Of a stretch of 64,000 bases of DNA, positions 18,902 through 33,488 are shown piece by piece. The stretch comes from the human T2T-CHM13v2.0 reference genome, Homo sapiens. The translations under genes and the position numbers were made by a program. The notes beneath the pieces are model-generated. The model made no database searches and was not told where the DNA came from. It saw nothing but the letters and a program-made list of their open reading frames with translations. Each line of letters opens with the position of its first letter. Positions within the stretch are counted from its first letter, which is position 1. The stretch lies in the NCBI RefSeq assembly GCF_009914755.1, contig NC_060946.1, one strand, 5' to 3'.

Positions 18902-19367
18902 AGAATGACATATTCTTTTCATCAGCACATGGAATATTCTCCAGAATAGACCACATCTTAGGCCACAAAACAAGTCTCAACAAATTCAAAAAAGTAGAAA
19001 TCATATCAAGTATCTTTTATGATCACAATGGAATAAAACTATAAATCAATAACAAAAGGAACCTCAGAAACTCACAAACACATGGAAATTAAACAACACA
19101 CTCCTGAATGACCGATGAATCAATGAAGAAATTAAGAAGGACATTTTTAAATTTCTTGAAATAAATGAAATGAAAATCCAACACACCAAAGTCTATGGGC
19201 TACAGCAAAAGCAGTACTAAGAAGGAAGTTTATAATAATAAATGCCTATGTCAAAAAAAATAGAAAGACTTCAAAAAAACAACCTAATGATGCACTTCAA
19301 GGAGCTAGAAAAGCCAGAACAAAGCAAACCCAAAAGTAGTAGAAGGAAAGATATTATAAAGATCAGT

Positions 19368-19665
19368 GACTGGACACGGTGGCTCACACCTGTAATCCCA
19401 GCACTTTGGGAGGCTGAGGTGGAGGATTGCTTGAGGCCAGGAGTTCAAAACCAGCCTGGGCAATATGGCAAGATCCCATTTCTACAAAAACTTTTTTTAA
19501 AAAATTAGCTGGGAATGGTGGTGGCACGCACCTGCAGTCCTAGCTACTTAGGAAGCTGAGGCAGGATTGCTTGAGCTCAGCAGTTTGAGGCTGCAGTGAG
19601 CTATGATCCTGCTACTGCACTTCAGCCTGGGCAACAGAGCCCTGTCTCAAAAAAAAAAAAAAAAA
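19368..19665 (+). mobile_element. AluJ-like inside L1 ORF2
   Basis: Dimeric Alu with poly-A at 19649-19665. Confidence 0.9.
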
Positions 19666-20769
19666 TCAGAGGATAAATAAACACAATTGAGACAAGAAAA
19701 AATACAGAGAATCAATGAAACATGATTTGGTTTTTTGAAAAGATAAAGTCAACAAACCTTTGGTTAGACTAAGAAAAAAAGAGAGAAGACCCAAGTTGGA
19801 AGAGAAGAAGTCAAATTAGCCTTGTTCACAGATGACATGATCTTATATTTAGAAAAAAACCAAACACTCCACCAAAAACCTGTTAGAACTGATAAGTTCA
19901 GTAAAGTTGCAGAATGCAAAGTCAACATTCAAAAATTGGTGGCATTTATACATACCAACAGCAAACAAACTGAAAAAGAAAGCAAGGAAGCAAACCCATT
20001 TACAATAGCTATAGAGAATATAAAATACCTAAGAATCAATTTAACCAACGAAATCAAAGATTGATACAAGGAAAACTATAAAACACCAATGAAAGAAATT
20101 GAAGAGGACACCAAAAAACAGAAAGGTATTTCATGCTCATGGATTGAAAGAATTAATATTGTTAAAATGGCAATACTACCTAAAGCAATTTACAGATTCA
20201 GTGCGATGTGATACATATACCCAATAGAATATTATCCAGCCATAAAAAAGAATAAAATTCTGCCATTTGTAGCAACATGGATAGAACTGGAGGTCCTTAT
20301 GTGACATTCTGATTAAAAAATGAGATAAGCCAAGCACCAAAAAGAAGAATGTTGCATGTTCTCACTCATATGGAGGAGCTCAAAAAGTGGATTTCATAAA
20401 GATAGAGTAAACTGGTGGTTAGCACAGGCCAGGAAAGGTAGAGGGGAGGAGAGGATGAAGAGAGGTTGATTAATGGGTACAAATATATGGTCTGATAGAA
20501 GAAATAACACCTAGTGTTAGACAGATCAGTAAGGTGACTACAGATTACAATAACCTATTGTACATTTCAAAATAGCTAGAAAAGAAGAATTTGAATGGTT
20601 CTAACATAAAGAAAAGACAAATATCTCAGGTGATGGATATCCCAAGTATACTGATTTGATCTTTACAAATTATATGAATGTATTAAATTATCCCATGTAC
20701 CCTGGAGCTATGTACATGGATTATGCATCAATAAAAATAAATAAAATTTCTTTTAAGAAAGAAAAATAG

Positions 20770-21110
<341 letters not shown>

Positions 21111-21152
21111 GAAGAAGCAATGCTTCTCCAGGGCATAAAGACTGAAATTCAA

Positions 21153-21432
21153 TTTTTTTTTTTTTTTGAGAGGAGGTCTCACGCTGGAATGCAGTGGTGC
21201 AATCTTGGCTCACTGCAGCCTCACCTTCAGGGCTCAAGTGATCCTTGCACCTTAGCCTCAGCCTCCTGAATAACTGGGACTGCAGGTGCATGCCACCACA
21301 TCTGCCTAATTTTTGTAGAGGCAGGGTTTCACCATGTTACCCAGGCTGGTCTCGAATTTCTGGGCTCAAGTGATTCTTCCACCTCAGCCTCCCGAAGTGT
21401 TGGGATTACAGGTATGAGCCACTGCACCAGGC
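21153..21432 (-). mobile_element. AluJ-like, antisense
   Basis: Poly-T then reverse Alu; TSD CTGAAATTCAA at 21142-21152 and 21433-21443. Confidence 0.9.
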
Positions 21433-22917
21433 CTGAAATTCAAACTCTTAATTGTGGGGTAGAAGGTCATTCATATAATTAACCACCTGGCTTCAGGTGA
21501 TCCTTCCAGACGCCATTACCTCCAGGCATGCTACGTTCTTACCCAGTGCTCCCAACACACCACGTAGTTCCTCACTTCTGAGCTTTGGTTCATGCCTGTG
21601 CTAGAATTTCCTTCATTCTTTTGCACCTGGCACACTTCAATTAATCTTTCAAAACTGAGGGTATATCCCCTTCCTTCAGGAGACCTTCCTATTGTCCTTA
21701 AACAAAATTAATCATGCCTTTACAAAGAACTTAAGTCTTATAGGTGTGCTTTGCTAATTGTTTCATTTAATAAAGAAAAGAACCAAAAGATAAAAGCCAC
21801 TCGTAATTCCATCACTTTGCTGTGGGGCTGCAGATGTGGTGGGTAAAATATGAAGTAAAAGTTCTAATATTCTCCCATCTGTTCCTCTAGTCCTACCTCA
21901 ATTTTCACTTTGATTCTCTGCTTCCAGACCTTTATGTTGGCCCCTGCTAGACAATAAGTCCCTCCAGTGGACTCCACTTACCTTTTTACACTCAACATGG
22001 CATAGCATGCAGTAAGCACCCCATTAAACTTTGCTCTTGATGGACCACAGTTATCAACACTATGACTGCAAGGGATAGAAGCTTAGGCTAATTTTACCCT
22101 TGATTTTGAAAGCTAAACAAGGTTCTGAGTATGACCAAGGCACTGTGAGGAGTTCTGTAGCTCACCCCTGACTTTACACCATCCTCAGCTGAGGTTTTCA
22201 AAATAAAGAGAATTTTGAGACATTAATGAATGTGATTACTTCAGAACTTGGTGAGGTAGAAATTGGCAAGGATCATAAAAACTAATACCCCCAAAATAAG
22301 CATCAAGTCACAGACCATCAAATACACTTCTTAACCAATGGGAAAAACACAATTAGAAGGCTATCTCACTGATATATTTGTTTATTTGCCAGAGAAGTAT
22401 TGATGTCCAGTTTTAAACACGTGCTATTTATATCAGAATCATAACAAAAGTGCCATCCATCTGCCTTGGCATCCAGAGAAAACATAATTCAACACAAGAG
22501 TAAAAAGTGTGCACAGCCAAATAGAAATGGCACCAGAAGCAAAAATTGCTGGAACTGTATCATGGAGAGGGGTGTGGAAATTATCACTCGACTAAATTGG
22601 AAAAAATTGTAAGCAACACAAAAGGTTTTGGCAGTTAAATCCAAACACTTGAGAAAAATCTTCTTGTCTATACTGATATCAAATGGACTGTTATATTTTG
22701 GGACATATCAACTATCAAGTTCCCTTTATAGCCTTCCACACACTTCCATATATACATTGGCCATTTACTGAGCATCTACATTCTTGGACGGTGGAAAAAT
22801 CAAAACCTTTGACGTCAAGCAGGCATAGGGTCAAACTGGCTCCACCATCCACCACAACAACTTGCAAGTTAATTAACCTCCTCCTGACTCAGTTTCCTCA
22901 TTTGAAAAAGGGAGATA

Positions 22918-23244
22918 CAGTTGTCGTCCATATCCATGGGTTCCACATCCACAGATTCAACAGTGGATTGAAAATATTCAGGAAAAATATGGATGTTGAT
23001 GTCTGTACTGAATATGTATGGACTTTTTTCCTTGTCTCAATGATATGGTATAACGATTTCCATAGCATTTACATTGTATTAGGTATTGTAAGTAATCTAG
23101 AGATAATTTAAAGCATATGGGAGGATTATGTAGGTTATATGCAAATACTACACCATCTTATATAAGGGAATTGAACATCCATGAATCTAGGTATCTTCGA
23201 GTGGGTGCTGAAACGAATCTCCCACAGATACTGAGGGACCACTG
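22918..23244. mobile_element. MER2-like (Tigger-family) DNA transposon relic
   Basis: CAGTTG...CCACTG ends with internal CATTTACATTGTATTAGGTATT and GGTTATATGCAAATACTAC motifs. Confidence 0.75.
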
Positions 23245-23882
23245 GAATATCTCTCCTTTAAGCAAGTATTCTTAACATGGAATCGCGGTCCATGTGTGTG
23301 CTTTTATAGCCCTACAGACTTACTGACATGCAAAACTGTGTGTGAGATGATTTTTCTAGAGCACTTCTCAAAAGGCAGGTGACCCCAAAATGGTAAATGC
23401 CACTGCTCCAAAGGTGTAGATGGATCACAGGTGATATTCGTGAAGTGCCTGGCACACAGTGAACTTTAGCTATTTGGTAGCTGTTATTTTTAGGTCCCGA
23501 GGATATACAGAAAGATAAATCAGACAGAGCATTGGGCAAAAACAAAAACAAAAACAAAAACAAAAAACAGCTATATGGTTATAGGTGTCACCTCAGAATA
23601 TCAGAATAAAATAACAGAGAAAAAACAAAAAGTGAGTCCAGAAAAAAACCCAGCAGGAAGAACTGGCAGGATGGAAACACCAGGAGTGCCAAGGCAGTGA
23701 GATGACCACTGCCTGGGGATCCCCAATGCTTAGGCAGGGGTTGGCATATGGCAGATGCTCAATGAATAGTTGCTAAGTAAATGAGCAAACAAATGACTGA
23801 AACCAACCCAGGATGCAGGATAACACCATTTACAACGTCCCAGGGGAAAAACTACATTCAGAAGGTGTTATCGAAAACTTAC

Positions 23883-24019
23883 TATTCAGAAATCTTCAAT
23901 CTCAAATATTCAGTTCAAATGCTAAAGTCCACATTCTCTCCCTGAAGAGTGAGGACATTAAGCCCACACTTTTGTCATTGGGCAGTAATCTAGGCCCTTC
24001 CAATCCTCTGCGATGAGCC
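23883..24019 (-). other. EFCAB6: Predicted non-coding 5'UTR exon 2 (137 nt) of EFCAB6
   Basis: Acceptor TTTCTCACAG|GGC (AG at 24021-24020) and donor ATA|GTAAGT (GT at 23882-23881) in unique sequence 3 kb downstream of the CpG-island exon; gene name from recalled gene order next to SULT4A1. Confidence 0.65.
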
Positions 24020-24469
24020 CTGTGAGAAATTTATTTTAGAAACAGGTTAGACCTATTTTTCCAGATGAATCAAAAGGCCTTATTTCCCTGGAAAAAAAAA
24101 TAAATTTTATTACCTTCTATTTTTTTACTTTTATTTTTCCATGAGTTGACAAGAAGCTCCCAGCTAAATTTCCAGCCCAACTTTATTAACCGTTATAGAT
24201 GATCTGAGTATTCCTTCTTTCTGATACCTTCCTATTCTGTCTATATTTTTAATGATTCTGATTTACATGTTTCTATTTTATCACATTGTAGTTATTCTTA
24301 CAAGTCATCTCAAAGCCTTGGCAGGACTTGTAGAGTATATAAATGTTTGAGAGTGATAGCATACTCATCAAGAACACAGGTTATTATCAGGCAGTCCTGG
24401 AGTTGGAGCCATACTCACTACCATTTATCAGCTTTGTTAAGTCCCTTAACCTCTCTGTGTCCCTGTTGC

Positions 24470-25062
<593 letters not shown>

Positions 25063-25920
25063 AACTTGTACTTTTCCATAGCCAACTTGTGAGGACTAAA
25101 TTTAAAAAGTATGAGGGACCAAACTGTGCTTGGCACACAGTAAGTGTTCAATTAGTATTAGCCAGTAGTAGTATTAGTAGTTGCTGTAGTAGAAATAGAA
25201 GTAGTAAAACTGTGGACAAATAGATGGAAAGAAAAAGTAACAAATGGTACCTGAAACAAAGTAAACAAAATAGCAGTGAAAGATCAAAACCAAAAGTAGA
25301 AAATGAAGCTTTTAATACTGAAAGGGTATCATATTCATGTTATCTCTATTCACAGTTTTCTCAAACCTGTCTCAGTTGTTAACAACTGCCTTGTTAACAA
25401 CCAGTGGCCTCTCACCAGATTCCTGATCTGGGCAGGCACCAGGCTACTAAACATCCTCATGGAGCTGGTTCTGTCTCCAGGTGCCAGTCAGCTGCAGAGA
25501 TCAGAGCATGGGTGCTATAGAGATCTCTGTACAAGGGGAAGAGGTAGATAGCTGGAACAGGGCAGTTTTTCCCTGGAGAGCGAAATTTACAGTCTCAGGT
25601 AAGCACTTCTTGATAAATATCTATGATCACCTATCATGAACCAAGCATTAAAATAAGCATAGAGGAAAAAGGGAAAGCACAGATAACTAAAATAAAATCC
25701 TCATCCTCAAAGGATCTTGCAATAAGACTGGATAGGAGGCAAATATCTTCACATATAATCAAAGGGGCCATTTCTGACTCACTTTCATATCCCCAGAACT
25801 TAGCCAAGTAAACGTTTGCTGAATTGAAGGCAATGGATAAAAGACATGAACTGTAGTGTATGAAAGTAGAATTGATTTACAGCATTTCTGTTAAGGCCAC
25901 CCATTTAGGAACACATATTA

Positions 25921-26436
<516 letters not shown>

Positions 26437-27060
26437 TCACAAAGTGCTTCCAAACAAAATTTCTGAGGGAGGCAGGGGTAATTATGTGCAGGCTGTGGGA
26501 GAAGAGTGTAAAAGAGCAGAGATTTTGCCGTGATACAGAAATGAGTTTGAATTCTGGCTCAGAAACTTCCTAAGATAGTTGTGTGACTTTGGAAAAGCCC
26601 CTTCACCCCACAGGTTTCAAGTCCTCGTCTGTCTACAGGAGGGAGTCAATCATGACATTCACAAGACTGCTGTGGGCACAAATGAAATCAGGGGCATGAG
26701 ACATGTTGTAAACTGGAGAGATTTAGGGCGTTTCCACACACATTTCCCAGCTGATTCTCACAGAGAGGCAGGGAAGAAGACGTCACCACCGTCAGCGTTG
26801 TTTATCGTTCTTCTCCACATATCAGGTAAGCTACGGGAACAGGGGCCCTACTGTTCCCCACAGGGCCCCAGGGCCTACAACATGCCTGGCACAAGCAGAC
26901 GCGCCATGAACACCTGAATAAACGAATCACCACCCCTTCGTCCCTGGGGGTGGGCAGCAGCGCCGGCCTTCTCAGGGCAGTGAGACCCACGGAGCTGCCC
27001 GCCCGCCCGGCCCCTCCTCGGCCTGTCGCACGCGCGTGGCCACCCCGAATACAGCCTTAC

Positions 27061-27200
27061 CGGGAACCCCTCCTCGATTCTCCGCCTAGCTGGGCCGGCA
27101 CCCGCGTGCGCGGACCCCAAGCCGCGGGGTCTCAGAGGGGCTGCCCATTCGGCGTCTCTAGGACGCTGTTGCCCGAGAGACGACGGCAGTCGCTGACTGG
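27061..27200 (-). other. EFCAB6: Predicted non-coding first exon of EFCAB6 (TSS approximate)
   Basis: Donor CCG|GTAAGG (GT at 27060-27059) just downstream of the promoter motifs; identity from recalled locus order. Confidence 0.65.
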
Positions 27201-27329
27201 AGAATGAGCCTACGCGCCTGGCAAGAAGCTGAGCTGTGATTGGTCAATTGGAGATAAACGAGGAGGGGGCGGGGCCAGGTCAGTCCCGCGCCTCCGCTCC
27301 CGGAAGAAATTTCCGCCGGAAGTCCCGTT

Positions 27330-27700
27330 CTCTGGGGAGCGGGAACCCTGGCGACCCGTGTCATGGGAGCGGGTTTCTGTTACGTGGGCTTTAGCGCGAG
27401 CTGGGCGGTCGGCCCGGTCCCACCGAACTGCATAGGGCCGTGTAGCCGGGGGAAGTCAGCCCCCTGCTCTGAGAAGCAGACTCTGCATCTGTAAAAGGCT
27501 AAGCGTGCCCACTGGGGCCTGTGGTCAGGATTGGCTGCAGTGAGGTCCGCAAAGCCCCTACCGCATCCTGCGCCTTCGTTAGGGTGAGCAGTCATGGGGA
27601 CTCGCATTGTGCCACCACGTAGCGGGTCTCACTGGGTCCGCTTGTCTGCTCGAGGAGACAGCCGGTGAGGACGGGAGCTGGCCTGCTTTGCCCAGGCTGT
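27330..27700 (+). ncRNA. Possible start of a divergent lncRNA (EFCAB6-DT-like); exon structure not determinable
   Basis: CpG island extends on the plus side of the ETS pair; candidate donor AGG|GTGAGC at ~27584; partly from recollection of the locus. Confidence 0.3.
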
Positions 27701-28487
27701 AACCTCAGCCTCCGCCCATACCCACAGTAAGCATCCATTCCATTGATATTCGCTAAATGAGTGAATTATTACTAAGACAGAGGGCCGAGTGGAAGCGCCA
27801 TAAATCACGTGAGTGAATGTAATTGTTGTCGCTGACCCTATGGAGCACTTCCCTTGCCAGGCACTCACCCATCCTAGGTATGTACTTTACATGTAATTGT
27901 CATCTTCATTTGTCTTCACAACAACCCTGTGAGGTGGGTGCTGTGGTTACTCCCATTTTACAGATAGGTAACTGAGGCACACAGAGCATTTTGTTCAAGG
28001 ACACACTGCCAGTCAGGGGTAGGAGCAGAATGAGAACCTATGGAGCTTGCTCTTAGGCACCCTGCCACACTGCTCACTGTAGGAGAGAAGCAGCCAGGCA
28101 GACGTGTGCAGCTTGGAATTCCTTGCACACATGGCTGCGGCAGGTCAATTAGGTGCCCTGGTGTGTGCTGCAAAGATGGATACTATGCGGTCCCTGCTGG
28201 GCACTCTGACTGTACTTCACTGGGCAGCTAGTTTTCCTGTTCACCAAGAGAATTCTTTCCCATGGCTTGTCTCAGACCTCCCGCACTCACTACTTCCTCA
28301 CCTGACTCAATGACCATGGGTCTTATCCCATTGAGAAAATGTAATGCATAAGAATGGAATGCACTCCTTCACAATCACTTTGGCATTCATCGCCTCTTTT
28401 CCTCTTGCCCCAAAAGAGGGTCTCTTACAGAGGCCAGTCCCTCTAACTGTGTCCTGGATCCCTCCCCATTTGCCTTCTTTATTATAG

Positions 28488-28965
28488 GCAGTGCTCTAAG
28501 TGTGGTCTGGGAATCCCTGGGGATCCTGAGACCCTTTCAGACTGTCCATGGGGCCAAAAAATACTTTCATAACACTTAAGACTTTACTTGCTTTTTCATT
28601 GTTTTTCTCTCATAAGTATATGGGGGGATTTTCCAGAAGCTACATGATGTGTGATATTGCAACAAATTGAATGCAAAAGAAGGTAAGAGATCCAGCGGTC
28701 TTGTACTAAGCCAGATGTTAAAGAGATCTGCAAAAATAGAAAACTGCCCCTCTTTTCACTTTTTTGGAAAGTGTAATTTTTCATTAGAGAACGTTAACAT
28801 CTAATGGGTTTATTATTTTTAATGAGTTAATAAATTTTTTATCAATTGTATTTTCTAACATGGTAAATATTGATAGATATAAACATAAATAAAAGTTTTT
28901 TGGGATCCTCAATACTTTTTAAGAGTGTGAATGGATCCTGAGGCCAAAAAGTTTGGTCCTGAGAT
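28488..28965. mobile_element. hAT-Charlie-like DNA transposon fragment
   Basis: CAGTG..AAGTGTGGTC start and GGATCCTGAG..CAAAAAGTTT end motifs around an AT-rich core. Confidence 0.55.
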
Positions 28966-29534
28966 CAAAAGGGCTTCAGTTATTCCCTCTCTCATGATAG
29001 CCAAGAGTCTCATTCTTTCTCTTTCTCTCTTTCCCTCCTTCTTGGAACATGCTCTAGTATCTCACATCTTTAAAAAAAAAATAGATGATCTTCTGGTTTC
29101 CACCCCATTTCTCTGCTCCTCTTTAACCTGCTTCTCAGTAGAGCTGTCTATACATGCTGTCTTTCAGTTACCAAATTTCACAGAAGCGTGACTCTCATTG
29201 CCTGGTAACTGGCATTCTCACAAATACTTCTTCTCTACTTGGCCGTACATTACTTGACCTCTCAGTAGCATTCAGCCCAGTTGATCACTCCTTTCTGCCT
29301 GAAATACTTCAGGCTTCTCTAATACCACACCAACTACTCAATTCTTGGGCCCCACTGGTGACTTCCCTCCTCTGTGTGGCCTTTGGATGTTAGGGCCCCT
29401 CTGACCCTGTCGTAGGTCCTGCTGTTATGCTTCTCACCAGCCTTGACCCCTCTACTGGAATGTACTGGAGATCACTCAGACTTAAGCCATCCATATTGCC
29501 CTTGATCCACTCACCTCCCTCACTCACCTATTAC

Positions 29535-29829
29535 TTTTTTTTTTTTTTCGAGACGGAGTCTTGCTCTGTCGCCTAGACTGGAGTGCAATGGTGCGATCTC
29601 GACTCAGTGCAACCTCCACCTCCCAGGTTTCAGCAATTCTCTGCCTCAGCCTCCCGAGTAGCTGGGATTACAGGCGTGAGCCACCATGCCCAGCTGATTT
29701 TTGTATTTTTAGTAGAGACAGGGTTTCACCATGTTGGCCAGGCTCGTCTTGAACTCCTGACCTCGTGATCCGCCTGCCTCGGCCTCCCAAAGTGCTGGGA
29801 TTACAGGTGTGAGCTACTGTGCCTGCCCG
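29535..29829 (-). mobile_element. AluS, antisense, inside an L2 relic
   Basis: TSD CACTCACCTATT at 29521-29532 and 29830-29841. Confidence 0.92.
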
Positions 29830-30679
29830 CACTCACCTATTCCAAAGCAATGCTCAAACTAGGAAGCCTTGTTGTTACCCTCAATGATCACTACCTCATA
29901 CCCCATATCTAGTGCTTCAGCAAGTCTTGTCGATTCTAACACCAGAATACGTACATGGTAGCAATCTCATCCATTCTCTCCAAGTTCCCCTGCACTACCT
30001 TGCCTTAAAAGCCTTCTTATGCTAAAAATAAACATCTTTAAAACAGCATGCAGGGCCACTGGGACCATCCTACAATCTCAACCTCATTCTCCCCCCAGGA
30101 TCGCTATGGTCACAAAGCCCAGAAGCCAGCTTGAATGGGGCTCCTGCTGGCCAGAATAATGAAGGACAGTAAAAGAAATAGGAGTCATGAGTCCAGGCCC
30201 AGGAGCGATGGACAGATAGAATAAATGCAGGACAAGGGAGGGCACGTGCTTGCAGTAGCAGGCCTAGGGACAAATGGTCATGCAGGAGGACTAGAGCTGA
30301 AAAGCCATCATGTTGCAACCACTGAGTGAAGATTGATTCAGGCAAGGATCATTCACGGGTGCTTCATCTCGGGGTTCTTTGGATGGGGAGCAGGATATTT
30401 GCATTGTTTTAAAGGATAGTCCCACAGATCACTTATTACTTACAGGAGAAAAAGTAGTCATAATACAAAAGAAAAATGGACAATGCTTGGATACCATAAT
30501 AAAAATTAACACTACCAACAAGGAGCATGGACATTGTGTGGCTTCAGATGTAATGTGAAGGACAACCTCCGTTGAAAAGGGCAACTGCTGTAGTATTCTA
30601 ATCTGGAATGCATCACCTAATCCTATCATAAGAAGACATTAGGAAAAAAAAAATAAAGATAATTCCATTTTTTTAATGG

Positions 30680-31032
<353 letters not shown>

Positions 31033-31281
31033 TAGCAAATAATAAAGCAATTGGGGCAAAACGTGCACAGTTTAAGTGGATCTGAGAAAGGGAGTTGTAT
31101 TAGATAGGGCTGCGGTAACAAATTTCCACAGACTGGGCAGCTTGGACAACAGAAATGTATTGTCTCACAGTCCTGGAAGCATCTTCAATCCAAAAGAACC
31201 TGAGGGATAATTTTAGGTGATAAACCCTGGCCAATGTCTGGCTGTGTGGGCAAACATGGAATTCTAGTAGGGAATACCTTA

Positions 31282-31689
<408 letters not shown>

Positions 31690-33199
31690 TCAAAACCCTT
31701 GCTGATTTCCTTGAACCCAAGGATAATTTTTCTATATGTTGAAATGACTAATTAGATGAGTCCATCATGAAGTTTTGTCACGTGATTCTCTCTTTTTTCT
31801 CCTTAAAGATCATCTTCAATCCAGAGGGTTTTCCTTGTTCCAGGAAACGTCTCACCTCCATGTGCAGATTTAATTTTTACAGAAACTGAAATTTCCCTCA
31901 TTTATTATCTAGATGAGCCCCTAAAATCTATTCAATAAGGTTTGATCTTTGATGGAACAGACCAGAGTTGTATAATGTGACAGTGGCCCCAAGGAACAGT
32001 TTGTAGGAGGAGATTGTTGTCTTCTCTGAAAAAAACTTCCCAGAAGACATTGATGGTTCCCTTAGGTGCCCTGCAGTGGGTCCACTTCCAACAGGCTGAA
32101 GCCTGGATTTGGTGGGTGAGGGTCCTACCTTTTCCTAGATACCATTCAGCATCACTGAAGCCAGTAAACTCACCTCCTGAGGAACCGTTACCATCTGTAC
32201 TATTTACACCCATGGCATGAGTCTGCTGCTCAAGACCTTTGATGAGAATCTTGAAAAGGAAACCATGAATTGCTGGAGAAAATATCTTTACACTTATATG
32301 CAACAGATGGTCCATTCCCTCAGTATTCAAGAAGAAACTCTGGGATCATGGAGACCTGGGTGACAATCACCCTCTGCCCACCCTGCGGGTTTTGGGGGCT
32401 TGGAGCTGGTTTTCACCACAATTCTGTACACCTAAGAGACTGGGCCGTAAGATCGAGCCTGTAATTATCTCACAGGCATCAGTGATGATGTTACGAATGC
32501 AGATTATGCCTTCATGTGGAGAAAGAAACAGTAGGGGCTGATTAGCCACGAAGAAGTTAAGTACTGGTTTCCACCATGTCTATTAATAAAGAAGGGAAGA
32601 AGAGCAAGTACGTGGCAGGGATGCGTAGCGTGTCCACATGGAAGCGGAGAGCCTCTCCCTCTCAGAAATCTGCTTCCCTGACTGCTGTCCTTTTGGTAGT
32701 CTCATAAAATGGAGACAAGATTCTCTTCAGCTGTCCTGAGGAGGAAAAAAAAATATGACATAAAAATAAATGAGGTATAAGTAGCTCTTTTGGAAAAGCT
32801 ACTGTGGTTATTTTTTCTTTATTAAAATAGCTGCTTTATCTCTCGAATATTTACCTTGACAGATGACGCAGCTGCTCGTTTTAGTTCAATCAGCCAGAAA
32901 CTAAATTGCACATGTTAAACGTTGTCACTACAAATAATTGATGATTACTTGTAAACAGGGGGCCATTTGAGGATCTATCTGAGGATCCTCCATGGAGAGC
33001 GGCTCTCCACAGGCTCAGCAAAGCACCTAGGCATGTTCTCTTTCCCCTTTAAGAGACTGATATACTATTAAGCTCTTAATTTCCTTTAATAGCTACTGGT
33101 TGTTTCCTTTCACGGAAAGAAGAATAAAATCCACTTATGTTGCTCCTGAACAAGATTCCGTGGTGTCGAACACTGATATTTAGAATTTTAATGAACCCT

Positions 33200-33488
33200 G
33201 GCTGGGCGCAGTGGCTCACGCCTGTAATCCCAGTGCTTTGGAGACCGAGGCGGAGGGATCACCTGAGGTCAGGAGTTCGAGATCAGCCTGGTCCACATGG
33301 TGAAACCCTGTCTCTACTAAAGATACAAAAATTAGCCAGGCGTGGTGGCAGGTGCCTGTAATCCCGGCTACTCAGGAGGCGGAGGCAGGAGAATCGCTTG
33401 AACCCTGGGAGGTGGAGGTTAAGGAGAGCTGAGATCGCACTACTGCACTCCAGCCTGGGTGACAGAGTGGGACTCTGTCTCAAAAAAT
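33200..33488 (+). mobile_element. AluS
   Basis: TSD AATTTTAATGAA(C/A)CCT at 33184 and 33489. Confidence 0.92.

Larger units (their letters stand above)
26950..27700. promoter_or_regulatory. CpG island / probable bidirectional promoter
   Basis: High CpG density; ATTGG (CCAAT) at 27239 and 27247; GC box GGGGCGGGGC 27266-27275; ETS sites CCGGAAG at 27300 and 27316; X-box-like 27168-27181. Confidence 0.85.

Noticed and set aside
31930-32560. Unique, coding-like stretch with several short ORFs
   Set aside because: No recognisable protein in the frames I translated and stops in each; a tblastx or Dfam search would be needed to show a relic
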